DNA from: Utricularia gibba
Taxonomy: Eukaryota > Plantae > Magnoliophyta
Length of the DNA: 64,000 nt
Assembly: GCA_002189035.1 (NCBI GenBank)
Contig: CM007992.1
Location: forward strand, 3,410,001 to 3,474,000
Reading direction: 5' to 3'
This document shows, one piece after another, positions 26,806 to 38,234 of this stretch. A model generated the notes under the pieces. It saw only the letters and a list, made by a program, of their open reading frames with translations. It was not told where the DNA came from and ran no database searches. Numbering within the stretch: the first letter of the stretch is position 1; every line of letters begins with the position of its first letter. The position numbers and the translations under genes are program-made.

Positions 26806-27600
26806 ATGGATACGGTAGCCAAAGTTGCCTGCTTGAATCACGTCGCCAGAGAATCCTCAGATATCAAACGTCTTGCCAATTTCTATATAGAGGTTGCCCT
26901 TTTCTCTTCACCATCGATTTCGACGATCTGTTCTCCCTTTTTTGGTTAAATATTGTCAAAAAACGCAATTTGTGATCTGGGTTTTGTTTGGGACTCTTGT
27001 ATCGTGCACATGAATCTGGCCTTGGAAAACTTCTTGTTGATTTGTCCATGGCATGTGTTTCTGATGATGAATTGCTCGTGTTCTTGTCAGACCTTTGGTT
27101 TCGAGCAAGTTGAGAATCCAAATTTTGATTTTGGCGTTATATGGCTGAAGTTGGGTTCATCCTTGTTCTTGCATCTCATTGAAAGAGATCCCAGTTTTAA
27201 TCTTCCAGAAGGTCCATGGAGCAGTGCAGAATCAGCAGTTGCAGACCCTACAAAGCTCTTCAGAGGACATCACATTTGCTTCTCTGTTCCCAATTTTGAC
27301 TCCTTTGTTCAGGGCATCAAGGTTTTTTCTTTTCTCTGAATCTCCAGCAAGAACACCTGACTCCATATTTCTTTGTTGGATGCTTGTCCTCAGGACAAAG
27401 GAATCGATGTGCATGAGAGGTTTCTACCAGATGGGAAGACCAAACAGGCGTTTTTCTTTGATCCTGACGGTGTGTTTTCTCTTCAAAACACACAGATTAC
27501 ACTTCTGCTTTCGACACCAGATGCTCCTTTCACTTGTAATCCACCTGCTGTTATTGCAGGTAATGGTTTGGAGGTCTCGAGCCAGTACCCTGTCATGTGA
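26806..27600 (+). CDS. Glyoxalase/bleomycin-resistance (VOC superfamily, GLYI-like) protein, 4 exons
   Basis: LNHVARESSDIKRLANFYIE|TFGFEQVENP..WLKL..LHLIER..GHHICFSV..|DKGIDV..PDGKTKQAFFFDPDG|NGLEV. Confidence 0.93.
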
Positions 27601-27885
27601 ATATGGAATCTGAAACTTGGTCTGTTGTGCAACTTCCAGCTTCGCCTGTGTAAACATCATGCAATCTTTGCCATCAGTTCATGTAGTTACGATTATCAAC
27701 ATGGTTTGTGAGTTGTATAAAAGGTGCAATTTGCTTCCATTTAGAGATTGTAATGTACAGGATGCAATGCAGAGCCTCTCAGGTACACTTTTCTCTCTAT
27801 GAGAAGAGAACTCAAGCTGCCAGAGATCAGCATCAGTCATTCGATTTCGAGGTGCACTACACTGAGTTACATGTCGACCAGGTCT

Positions 27886-30096
27886 TCAGCTGTACACTTC
27901 AAGATTGCTGCCACCTTTGCTTTTTGGTAGAAACATGGGAAACACCCTCCCTTTAGCCCAAGATGCTGCAGCAGCAGCCTTTGATCCATCGTTTTTTCTA
28001 TTTGAATCAGAGAGCAGAGGCTTTCCTTGATCATTCAAGAGCCCTGAATCCTCCTTATCTGCAGACAACAGATCTTGAAGTGAAAGCAACCCATCCATCG
28101 TCTTGGTATCCGTTTTCGAAGAGCAGGACAGTGGGGGATCATCTCCCTCAGTCTGGGTGATTGTATCAGTTTCGTCTGATAAACTTGAGCCAGCATGTGC
28201 CTCATCGAACATGTATGTGAACTCTTCAAAACGGCCATGGATGGTGGAGCCCCGCCTTCTGTGAGTGACGCCACCGTCACCGGCATGCCGGTGGGACGAC
28301 GACGAGTTGTCGACGTGGGGGTTGCTGCTAGTGCTAATGGAGCCGGAGTTTTCCTCGAGGGCAAAGCCCCTCTCCCATCCCTGTACCAAAGAAGAAATCT
28401 CGTCGTCGATCAGGGCTGCAATCTTGGTGACATCTTGATCGGTTATGTCCAACTCCGCCACCATTTCAGCTGCAACACTGAGAGCTGTATCTGCTTCAAT
28501 GTTGAATGGGAAGTGAATGTTCCGAATACAACCTGAGAATGATCAAAACTGCCGTGTGAAATGCAACCGCCAACTACCAGTACACCATCAACAAAGCTAC
28601 CTTCTTGATCGGCGATTCTGATTCTCAGGAAGATGCTGCCATCTTCTCTCCTCTTTCCCTTTATGGTGATGTCCACATTTGCCAAGTGATCATCTTCATG
28701 GCTCAAGAATGGATCAAAGGGGTCTGAACCATGTTCGAGTTCATGGTCCTGACAATAGCCAACAAAGTCCGAGTAACTCAGCAGAGGCGGTCCACGGTGG
28801 TCCGCCGTCGAGTCGTAGCCGTAGTCGTCTATTTGGAGGAATGGATCATTGAGAAGCTCCCAAGCCGTATGCCTTTCAGAGACTGTGGCCAAACATTTTC
28901 CCAGAAACCGACGAATGTCTGGATCCTTAATTTTGTAAAGAGCATCTGGTTTCTGCCCCTGAGAAATGAACAAGAGGATGTTACACAGACATGATCTCCC
29001 ATGATTCTGATGGAGGAAAGGGGTGTTCTTACAGAAATCACTTTCTTGTAAATTTGAGCTGGATGTGTGCATTCACTGTAAGGATATTCAAAGGTAAGCA
29101 TTTCCAGAATGCACATCCCGAAGGAGTAGATATCAACCAGTTCATTATACTCCTCTTCATAAACTTCAGGGGCCATGAACTCCGGTGTTCCTGGTAACAC
29201 ACACTGTGATCTGAAAAACTTCGATACTCGGCGAGTTCTTCTGAAGAAGAAGATGAAAAGAATTACCTACACAACGAGCAGCATGTGATTTCCGGAGGAT
29301 TGCAGCAAGGCCAAGATCGCCTATCTTCACTTCACCTTGGTTTCCATTGATGAAGATGTTGTCACACTTGAGGTCTCTGTGAATGACTGGAGGATCCTGG
29401 CTATGGAGATACACCAGACCCTGCAAAATCTGCCGACACCAATTCTTGATCGCTCGAATGTTCGTCCTCCGATGCTTCAATCGATACCTTTCATCAGCAG
29501 ATTCAAGGAAGGATCATCATCTGCAAGAATCAAGGGAAGAGACACCACGAGAGACACACTTACTGTCTGAGAGTGCCGGAAGTGAACATTTCTGTCACGA
29601 AGTTGATCTTTCTGTTCGCTGCATCTACCCAGGAAGTGTAGAACTTCATGATGTTGGAGTGCTTTAACGTCTTCAGAAGATGAATCTCTCGGTAGAGCCT
29701 CTCCAGATCATCTGGATTTTGCAGGAAATCACAAAGCTTGACCTGGTTCCAGGCGACTTCGATTCCTTCGTACTCGTCAAAAGCTCGGTACCTAACACAG
29801 AAAGAAGAATCCCATCAAGAAATGCGAAACCCCAAATGCAGATTGCGCTATGTGGGTCGAGAGACATACACTGTTTTCGAAGACCCCTTTCCCAGAATCT
29901 CATTGTACTGTAAACGAAAACGGAAAATAAGAAAGATTAGCCAGAAGATCCACGAAATCTACAGCAAAAAGAGATGTGGGTATGGAAGATTTCAGCAGAA
30001 AACCGCAACAAAATCAAGAACAACACATACCCTCCAGTATCTTCCAGTTGGATCAACTTCCACAAACTCGGAATTCAAATCACTTACGCCAGTCAT
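27886..30096 (-). CDS. WNK: WNK (With No lysine) Ser/Thr kinase, WNK1/2-like
   Basis: [85 protein letters not shown], autoinhibitory [33 protein letters not shown]. Confidence 0.97.
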
Positions 30097-32765
30097 TTCT
30101 CACACCCAAAACAGCCTAATAAATACAACTTTTTCTTCCGGGCTTTCGAAGAAACCCCAACCAGCGAACTTGTTCAAGAACAAAAACACCCAGAAAACCG
30201 CAACTACAACCAAAGTACCCAATTCAAGAACTGTTTTTTTTCGTGGGAACTGTTCTCAACAGCTCATAGACAAGTCTGCCCCTCCTGTGTACCACGCCCC
30301 CCTGCCATTCCCTTCCTTTTCGAATATTTTCTCCCTTTCGAACGACCGGAAAGAAAAAAAGAAAAAGCAAAGCAGGCAAAAATCACCTATATCCCTGTGC
30401 AAAGGTCACTTTTTTACCTCCCTCAGAAGAAGTAGAAAACACAAAAACATACACCCACATGCCCATTTCTCTTCTTCATTCCTTCCTTTACATCCCACTA
30501 AATACGAATATAAATCCCTGACAAGTATGCAACGAGCTGCATCAAGTAGAGGGACCAACTCAGCATTTCTGAGGTTGATTTAATTATTATTATTTTATTA
30601 CATTATCAGGAAAAAATTGTCCCTTTCTTACAGCCGGCCGTGGCTCCCATGTGCTGACTTTTTCCTCGTTGCAAGAGATTAATATGTTTTTTAATTTATT
30701 ATATTATATTTTTAATTCAATTTTTATTTATTTATTTATTTACTAGCATCTTTTACACAGATTTTGTAGTCCACTCCCAACCCGCCAGTCAACAACCGGA
30801 GTCTCATCCCAACGTCCCGTCGGCTACGTGAATTTTTATTAATTTTATAATTTTAAGATTTTAAATTACAAAAAATAATAATACAATTCAAAATAATCAA
30901 AAATGAAAATACTAAATTTATTAAAAAGCGTAATTTTATTACATCACACGCTGGCGGTCGGAACGTGGTGCGGCAAGTTCACGTGGGCGCACCTTGGGTG
31001 TAACCATCCACTAATTAATCCGGGGATTTTTAATTTTTAAATAATTTTTTATACAAATCACGGGTATAACTGCATCATTAGTATGATAAGAATACGATAA
31101 ATTTAAAAGCATTCTATTAAGATATGATTAGGATATTTTTATTATTTAAATTTTATTATTTTATTGATGTAAAAAAAATCATACTAAAAATCAATAACTA
31201 GTAAAATAAATAAAATATATTTACTTAAAAAATAATTCTAAAATTTCCAAATAAATAACAAAATTATAATAGTTTTTTCATATCAACTTTTTTATACCCA
31301 ACGCCATTTTTAACACTGCAAAATAATAATACTAATAATAATAACGTGATATAAAAGTGAAGATGGGCTCGTACGGACAACGTACTGGCCTTCCGTACGT
31401 CCCCCGTTAATGAAATCGTGGTGCGGGGCGGGCGGCCGCGGCGCGGCGCGGTCCGCGGACTCTGTCCTGGGCCCCACCATTTAAAGTCGGCCACGGCGGC
31501 CACTTATTTTGACCAATAAAAGGCACATTATTTAGTGTCAATTACAAAAGTACTCAAATGTGACACAATTAATATTTTAAATGATCCAAAAAATGTAGCA
31601 CTCCTTTTGCAATTTGAGTGCCTCGATTACGGTTTAAATCATGAATAAAGCGTGTGTTTTTTTTTAAAAAAACTTTTAATATTTTATCTAAAAACAAAGT
31701 GATCATTCAAATTTGATTCATAAATCATAACTCAATCGTAGTTAAACTATGATTGTTATTAATTTTTTTATTTTAAATGGGATTGAATTTAATTTGATAT
31801 CTAAAATATATATATCTATATATAATTCATAAATATTTAACTATTACAATTATTTTTTTTAAAAATGAGTCAATATTTTATATTTAGTAAAATTTAATAT
31901 TTTATTTAAAATTAAAAATTAATTATTACTTTTCTAATTTAATATGAATAATATAAATTATAAGATATTTATTCCATTAATATAAATAAATTTAAGATTA
32001 ATGATTTTTTATTATTATAAAAAATGATATATTGATTTCAGTGGTAGTAAAAAAAAAAAAGTTTATAGTTTGTATAAGTAGGCCCTCCCTATGAAGTAGA
32101 TTGACCTAAGGCTAATGATGCATTACTAAACTAACTTCAACGGCATGTGAAAATTTTTGTGGTTCAAAACGTTGAAAAAAAAAAAAGCTACGCAATTAAT
32201 GTGACATTTATTAAATTCAAATGACTCAACAAGATGGCTTTGTATTGTCTACTTATGAACATGGCCCTCCATGACCACGCCTTGATGTGGTAACATGTGT
32301 ACATTAATGCAAATACCAAACAGAGTTTGTAGACGAAACATGAAAATTGATAGGGAACTAAATGTGTAACTTTTGTCACATGATGGAGATTATATTTGTT
32401 TATATTAAGTCATGTTTGGTTGATCAGTTTGATAGGTATGAATGGATAAAGATTATATTGTGTGTGTTTGGTATATAAGGTGAAAAAATAAATTCTAAGG
32501 AATAGGTGGGTAAAAAAATATTTACTTTCAACAAAACTCAAAGTATTATCCTTAATAAACTAAACAAAACTTCATCCTTTTGCTTTTTACTGAACATGGG
32601 CTAAAGACAAATGGTTGGTATGTTTGGTGGCAAGAGCCCTATATATAATATAGGGGTGTTTTGAAGTGAACTTGGGGCTAGATGGATTGTGTCTAGTTCG
32701 AACTAGTTACCTAGGAAAAGTGATGGAACCAAAAGATAGCTAGGTGAAATGAGAGCATCTTTAGT

Positions 32766-33002
32766 GGTTTCCGAAAATGCTGATATGTCATTTTTGAAAA
32801 TGAGTAAATTTATTTTTTATTTTTTTCAGAAACAGAAATGAGTAAATTTGGTTTTCTTCCGGAAATGGTTATAAAATGTATTTTATAATATTTATTTCAA
32901 TATTACAGTTTTCGGAAATGAATATAAACATAACATAAACTTAATAAAGGAAACCTAATAACTCAATTTTCAGAAATGTTCATGTCAACATTTCCGGAAA
33001 CA
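32766..33002 (-). mobile_element. Dispersed AT-rich repeat (MITE-like), copy 2, inverted relative to copy 1
   Basis: Reverse complement aligns with 11985-12238. AGAGCATCT lies just left of it (about 32752). Confidence 0.7.
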
Positions 33003-33391
33003 AGTAAATATACTATGATGAGAGTTCGCAACTAGAACAAGGGAGTGTGCAAGGTTGGAGAAAACAATGTTAGATTATTCAATTAATATATTGATAGAAG
33101 ATGTTTATTTAATAATTACTTGATTTTGGATGATCAAAATCATCCGTTTCCTAATTTTGTGAATTTTATTGCATATTATTCGTTTGTTCTTGTTTTATAA
33201 AAGAGTATTATTCTTTCATAATGAATCAGTTGAATTGTAGAAGTAGCTGATTAATCGAATGGTTAGAAATAATTTTAGTACATCTAACTATGGAGCATAT
33301 GATTTTTTTATTTTATGTTTTTGTTATTCTTTTTTCACTCAACAAGGGATGGGTGAGGATGTTGAGCCAGTTTCCTAGGTGCCATCCTAGA

Positions 33392-33490
33392 GATGTACTA
33401 GAGAAGAAATTTATTAGGCGGAGTGGTCTCCTTTAGGAGCACCCATGTTATTCATTAAGAAGAAAAAGACAGTGTGATTCAGATGTGCCT
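33392..33490 (+). mobile_element. Degenerate Ty3/gypsy reverse-transcriptase fragment
   Basis: With frameshifts it reads DVLEKKFIRRS / SPLGAPMLFIKKK / DSVIQMC, matching the gypsy RT N-terminal motif LLxKGFIRPSxSPWGAPVLFVKKKDGSxRxC. Confidence 0.7.
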
Positions 33491-34476
33491 GAACTAGACC
33501 TTGAGTCAAGTGCAGGTTAGCTTTCAACTCTGGGGTAGTCCAGTTGTTATTGGTGTGGATTATGCATTTTTTTCTCTGTTTTTCTGTTTCTGGGACGTCC
33601 CCCATCGATCCAGCTCTTGTCGTCTCTTCGATACGAAGATGTGATAACGGTTGATGATCCAGGTTTCCGGTCGGCCACCGTGGCATCTTGAGGTTCGATT
33701 ACGCCAGATTCCGGTCCCCTGGCCCTTCATGCAGGTTTGCATTCAGGGTGTCGCAGTCCCGGCGTGGTGATTGAATCCAGCCGTCATACTTGTAGTTCAC
33801 GGAGGCGAATTCTGGTGCTGCGATATCCCCGTTCAACAGGAGCTTTCTCTCCTTTGAATCTCCGGCGGCCATATGTGGAAGGGGTTGATGTTCCCCTGAT
33901 CTCCAACACTGAAAAAAGCCACACACCTGCCGTCGCCCGCCGTCTCCGTCATTCTTGCGATCGCCGGAGATGTTCTTCCGCCCCGAATCGGGGCACCGGA
34001 ATCTTCAATTTTACTCGAGGTGTCCGATGAAATGAGCTCCTGTCCCGCTGATACTGACAATTTATTTGTTTTAAAAAGTATTTATAAAAATCATCAAAAT
34101 TAGAGTCCATTTTCATCAAGAAGACGTAACGGGCCTCTTCTCATTTGCAAGATTTCAAACTTCGAACAGCTGAAATCCCTCAATCTTGATAAAAGAAACC
34201 CCAATTTACAGCGCCTGGAAAGGTATTTCCGTTTCCCAGATTGTTTTCGACAAAGTTCCATCTTTTTATGGGGTTTAGGTGTTCTCTTTTTGCTTGATTC
34301 TCCTGACCCACGGCTTCTGTACTCTGTTCTGGGTATCTGGATTTTACTGGTGTCTCTTGTGCCCTGATTTGGGGCATTCGGGAACGGGGACGTGGAGAAA
34401 CTATAAAGGGCTTATTGCGTTTCTGCAGTGTTCCTTCGCAACATATTGTGAGATTCAAACTCACTTCATTTCTAGT

Positions 34477-35337
34477 TGCGCGGGCTTTTGGGGAGAAAGG
34501 CGTGAGAGCATTTTCGGCCCTATTGCAGTCCCAGGCTTTCTTGGAAGAACTATATCTTATGAATGATGGAATATCCCAGGAGGCTGCTCGTGCTGTTTCT
34601 GAGTTGGTTTCTTCCACAAAGAACCTCCGAGTCCTGCGCTTCCATAACAACATGACTGGAGATGAAGGGGCTCTGGCCATTTCTGAGATACTTAAACGCT
34701 CTCCTTTACTGGAGGATTTCCTGCACTTCCACAACTCTCAAGAAACTTGATGTCCGTGATAATATGTATGGTGTTGATGCTGGTAAAACACTTCACAATC
34801 ACAACCTCCTTTCTGAAATCTACTTGAGCTACCTGAACCTGGAAGACGATGGAGCAATGGCGATAGCCAATGCTCTCAAAGAATCTGCACCACTCCTACG
34901 CATCGTGGACATGGCTGGGAATGATATCACTGCCGAGGCAGCACCAAGCATAGCTGCTTGCATTTCAAGAAAGGCGTCTTTGGTGAAACTAAACCTCTCA
35001 GAGAATGATCTCAAAGATGAGGGTGCGATTCGGATTAGCAAAGCACTAGAAGACCATCATGAGCTGATGGAAGTTGATATTACCCAGAACTCTCGAAGCA
35101 GAGCTGTGGCTCAGGCTCTAATACCTTTGGCTGCCCTTCCAACTCTTGAACATCAACGGCAACTTCATTTCTGATGAAGGCATTGACGAGTTGAGAAGCA
35201 TCTTCAAAGAGTTTCCCAGGAAACTCAGCCCGCTGGATGAGAATGACCCCGAGGGAGAAGACTTGGATAACAACGAGGATGAATACGAGTTTCAAGACGA
35301 AATGGAAGCTAGGCTCAAGAATCTTGATGTCAACTGA
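34477..35337 (+). pseudogene. RANGAP: RanGAP pseudogene (LRR and acidic tail only)
   Basis: GEKGVRAF..LEELYLMNDGISQEAA..FHNNMTGDEGA..LEDF / LKKLDVRDNMYG..EIYLSYLNLEDDGA..MAGNDIT..LNLSENDLKDEGA / LNINGNFISDEG..LDENDPEGED. Frameshifts near 34720 and 35135, internal deletions, and no WPP domain or start. Confidence 0.9.
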
Positions 35338-35432
35338 GACAGGTAGTAGTTCTGGGCCCATCTCCCTTCGGCAGTGCATCTGCATCACCATATTTCTGCA
35401 ACTGCCGTTCTCTCTGCGTTGGGAGTTGGGAG

Positions 35433-36175
35433 TAGAGATGGGCATGAATACCAGTCCATGAATTTATTCATCATGGATTGAACTTGTTATTACCCTAAAA
35501 AGTAGGTATGAGATGGGTTTATAGTGCATGGGTATAAATGGATTTAGATTAAAATTTAAACAATGTTTTGGAAAATTTTATCAAAACAATTATAAAATTA
35601 TAATTATAAAAATTATTTTTGAAAAAGTAAAAAGTTGTTTATTTTTATTTTTTAAATAGTATTCTTAAAAAAATTTTAAACTTATTTTTGCTTTTCAAAA
35701 TTATTTTTGAAAAATAGAAATAAAATTAAAATTAACCAATTTCTTACTTTTTTAAAAATAACTTTTGTAGTTATAATTTCAAAAATATTTTTGATAGAAT
35801 TATTTTTACAATTAAAAGTATTCTAGAACAAAAATATTTTTACTTCTGAAAAATAGAAATATGTTTTAAAAATTTTTTCAAAACATTACTTTATTTCTAC
35901 TTTTTAAAAATAATTTTGAAAAGTAAAAACATGATTCAAAAATTTTTCAAAACATTACTTTAATCTAATAATAAAAAATCATGCTTTTTTATTAAATAAG
36001 TTAGATAATTCAATCAATTGTTATTAAGATGTATGAATTAAGTTCAATTTATATTAATATATATAAAATGTATAATGATCCGAATCAATTCGTGACGTGT
36101 GACAAAATCTATCATGTCCACCTATTAACTTGTTGAGTCCCGTAACCTATTCAGTCTAATCCGTATCCAACTCTA
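35433..36175. mobile_element. AT-rich foldback / possible non-autonomous hAT-like element
   Basis: 34-bp inverted repeat at 35691-35724 versus 35890-35923 (2 mismatches) and an internal direct repeat AAAATTTTTCAAAACATTACTTT. The ends TAGAGATGGG...TCCAACTCTA are imperfect TIRs. No target-site duplication seen. Confidence 0.4.
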
Positions 36176-36776
36176 GTAGAAGCTGCTTTATTTTCTTACC
36201 CATGGCTAGTCAATTCAGTTTTTTTAAGGGTTGATGGGCTTTTTTTGGATATAAAAAGGGCTTTATTGGCCCACCGACGGTTAGGCCCAAATATTGTCAG
36301 GGGTGTGGGGCCTACAGAGAGGCCGGGAACAAATGGGGCCCCATTCGGATTCCAAATGATGATCTGGAATCTGAACACACCGGCCACTATCCGATGACGT
36401 TTTCCGGTGAGTTTTGATGTCATCGGATCGTGAAATTGATCTCGTGCTTCGGAGCGAAGTTCAACACTAGTGACCTGAATCAAAACCACCGACGGAGTCT
36501 CCCGAGGGATGTGGGGAGAGAAGGCGGTTGTGAAAAACCTACCGGCGATCCAGATTCAGGTAGCTGTTTTTGCTTTGATTTTTTTGGGAGAGAGGGAGAA
36601 GAAAAAGAAATGGGATTTTGATTCGGGTTGTCTGCTTTACATATGCACTTCCGATCTATGCAACACATATTACATAGATGCATACACGGCAGTGCTTTAC
36701 AAATAATCATTGCTGCACGAATCTTCGAATGTCGTTTTATTTGTTACGAGCAGGTCACTTTTCCTGGTCATATCAA

Positions 36777-37225
36777 TCAGAGTCTTCTAAAGTTGCAGGA
36801 ATGTTGTTGATCTTGAGATGGAGTGATGTTTCTGAACTGCATACGGGGAGGAACCTCTGATTTATGATGATCAAATGTTCTTTGTTCCTTTCTTGCGCCA
36901 CCGGTGAGTCTCCCTTGTCTCATATTCTTCCTTGTTGGATGTGGGATGAAAACTCCCGTTCCTTTGCTCTGTCTTTTGATCGTTTGCTGAAATGATTCTT
37001 TTGTAGCAGGATGGATTACCCCAGAATATGCCTGAAAGCAGGGCAAAACCCTTTGAGCAACCATGGTTTGCTGATATCATGAATGATTTGCATAAGAAGA
37101 GTAAGAACCTGTGAATTTAAAGAAGGATAGTGAGGCAATTCATCATCCTCAAGGAGAAGAGAAAGTTGCTTATTCAAGTCCGCAAAAAAGACATCATCAT
37201 CGCCAAAATCCACAGCACCTTCCAT
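36777..37225 (-). CDS. Small conserved plant protein of unknown function, 2 exons
   Basis: Exon 37225-37109 MEGAVDFGDDDVFFADLNKQLSLLLEDDE..NSQ, GT-AG intron, exon 37031-36777 containing RQSKGTGVFIP. The DDxFFADLxKQISLL and SKGTGVFIP motifs resemble a plant family I recall. Confidence 0.7.
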
Positions 37226-38234
37226 GTAAGACTTTTGCCTACTCTTATCTTCCAAATAACTGATCTCCAACATACTCTCTTTTAAAGAAGGAAAGAAACG
37301 GCAATTTTAGTGGATCCAATTGAAGTGAGCATGTGGGATGGTGGGGTATTGGAAGTCAGCAAACCATGCTGTCACAAGCCCACAGAGAATGTGAGATACA
37401 GCCCAGTTTTCTGAGTGTTTTGGTGAATCTATGGCCCCACAGCTTAGATTACAAGATGAGGAGATAAGATTACTTCATCATCTTTGTTCCTTCACAAGAC
37501 TTATCTATTCTTTAAGCTTAAGGGATAAGATCACTGTGTGTTTTTAAGTGCAATAAGCAACCATGGTGGTTGAATCCCAGTGGACCCTTTTCAAGTGGCT
37601 CTTCAATGTGGTCAATGCTCCAAGTATGCAGTGTCCTAGTGGTCCAAGCGATAGCAAGCAGTCTTCGAGCTATGGACATTTGGGAAGGCTGCACTTTTTC
37701 GTGTCCTTTCCAGAAATTCGCCCATCAAAATCCGAATCTTGAACGCCATAAATTGTTGCTGTGACCACACTCTGTAGACCATCATGTGTGTGGCAACAGA
37801 GGCACATGGTGAGCCAAATCTTTTGTCACCAATATTCCATCTTTGCGCACTGTATCTCTTTGGGACTCACATTTTCCTTGTTCTATTCCTCAGGTTACTA
37901 CAGCTTTCTCAAGCACACTTTCATCCCTCTCAAGTCGATTCTCTGAATCGCCAAGAAGCCAAAGAGTGACTCATGTTCTCACCCGGACGACTATCTGGGC
38001 AGTCGCTGGCGGGCGCCGGTGGAAAAGAATGTTGAAGACGACAGATATCTTCTTCTTTAATGAGTTAACTTTGAGTCTCACCGTATACCGGTTACAGGAC
38101 GTGAGGTTTGGCATACACCCTTACACTTGTTCCAACTAGAAAGTTCATTTTTTTAGTATGATAAAAACCATCATCCTAGGCCCAAAATGACAGGAGGGCT
38201 GCAAGAGTTGAATTATTACCACACAAACGAGCAG

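Noticed and set aside
30028-30040. WNK reads TGRYWR where the family consensus is TGRYGR
   Set aside because: A single substitution (or compensating error) before the kinase core; no basis for a functional claim.
29738-30583. 281-aa plus-strand ORF
   Set aside because: Antisense to WNK exons 1-3 and its 5' leader; shadow ORF with no family features.
33686-33706. GGTTCGATT resembling a tRNA T-loop
   Set aside because: Flanking bases do not form a T-stem or cloverleaf.
36160-36178. CTAG|T as a possible Helitron 3' end for the 33-36 kb mosaic
   Set aside because: No GC-rich subterminal hairpin at the expected distance.
36253-36263. AAAAAGGGCTT resembling the U11 snRNA 5' end
   Set aside because: It is part of a TATA-like box and no downstream U11 structure or Sm site follows.
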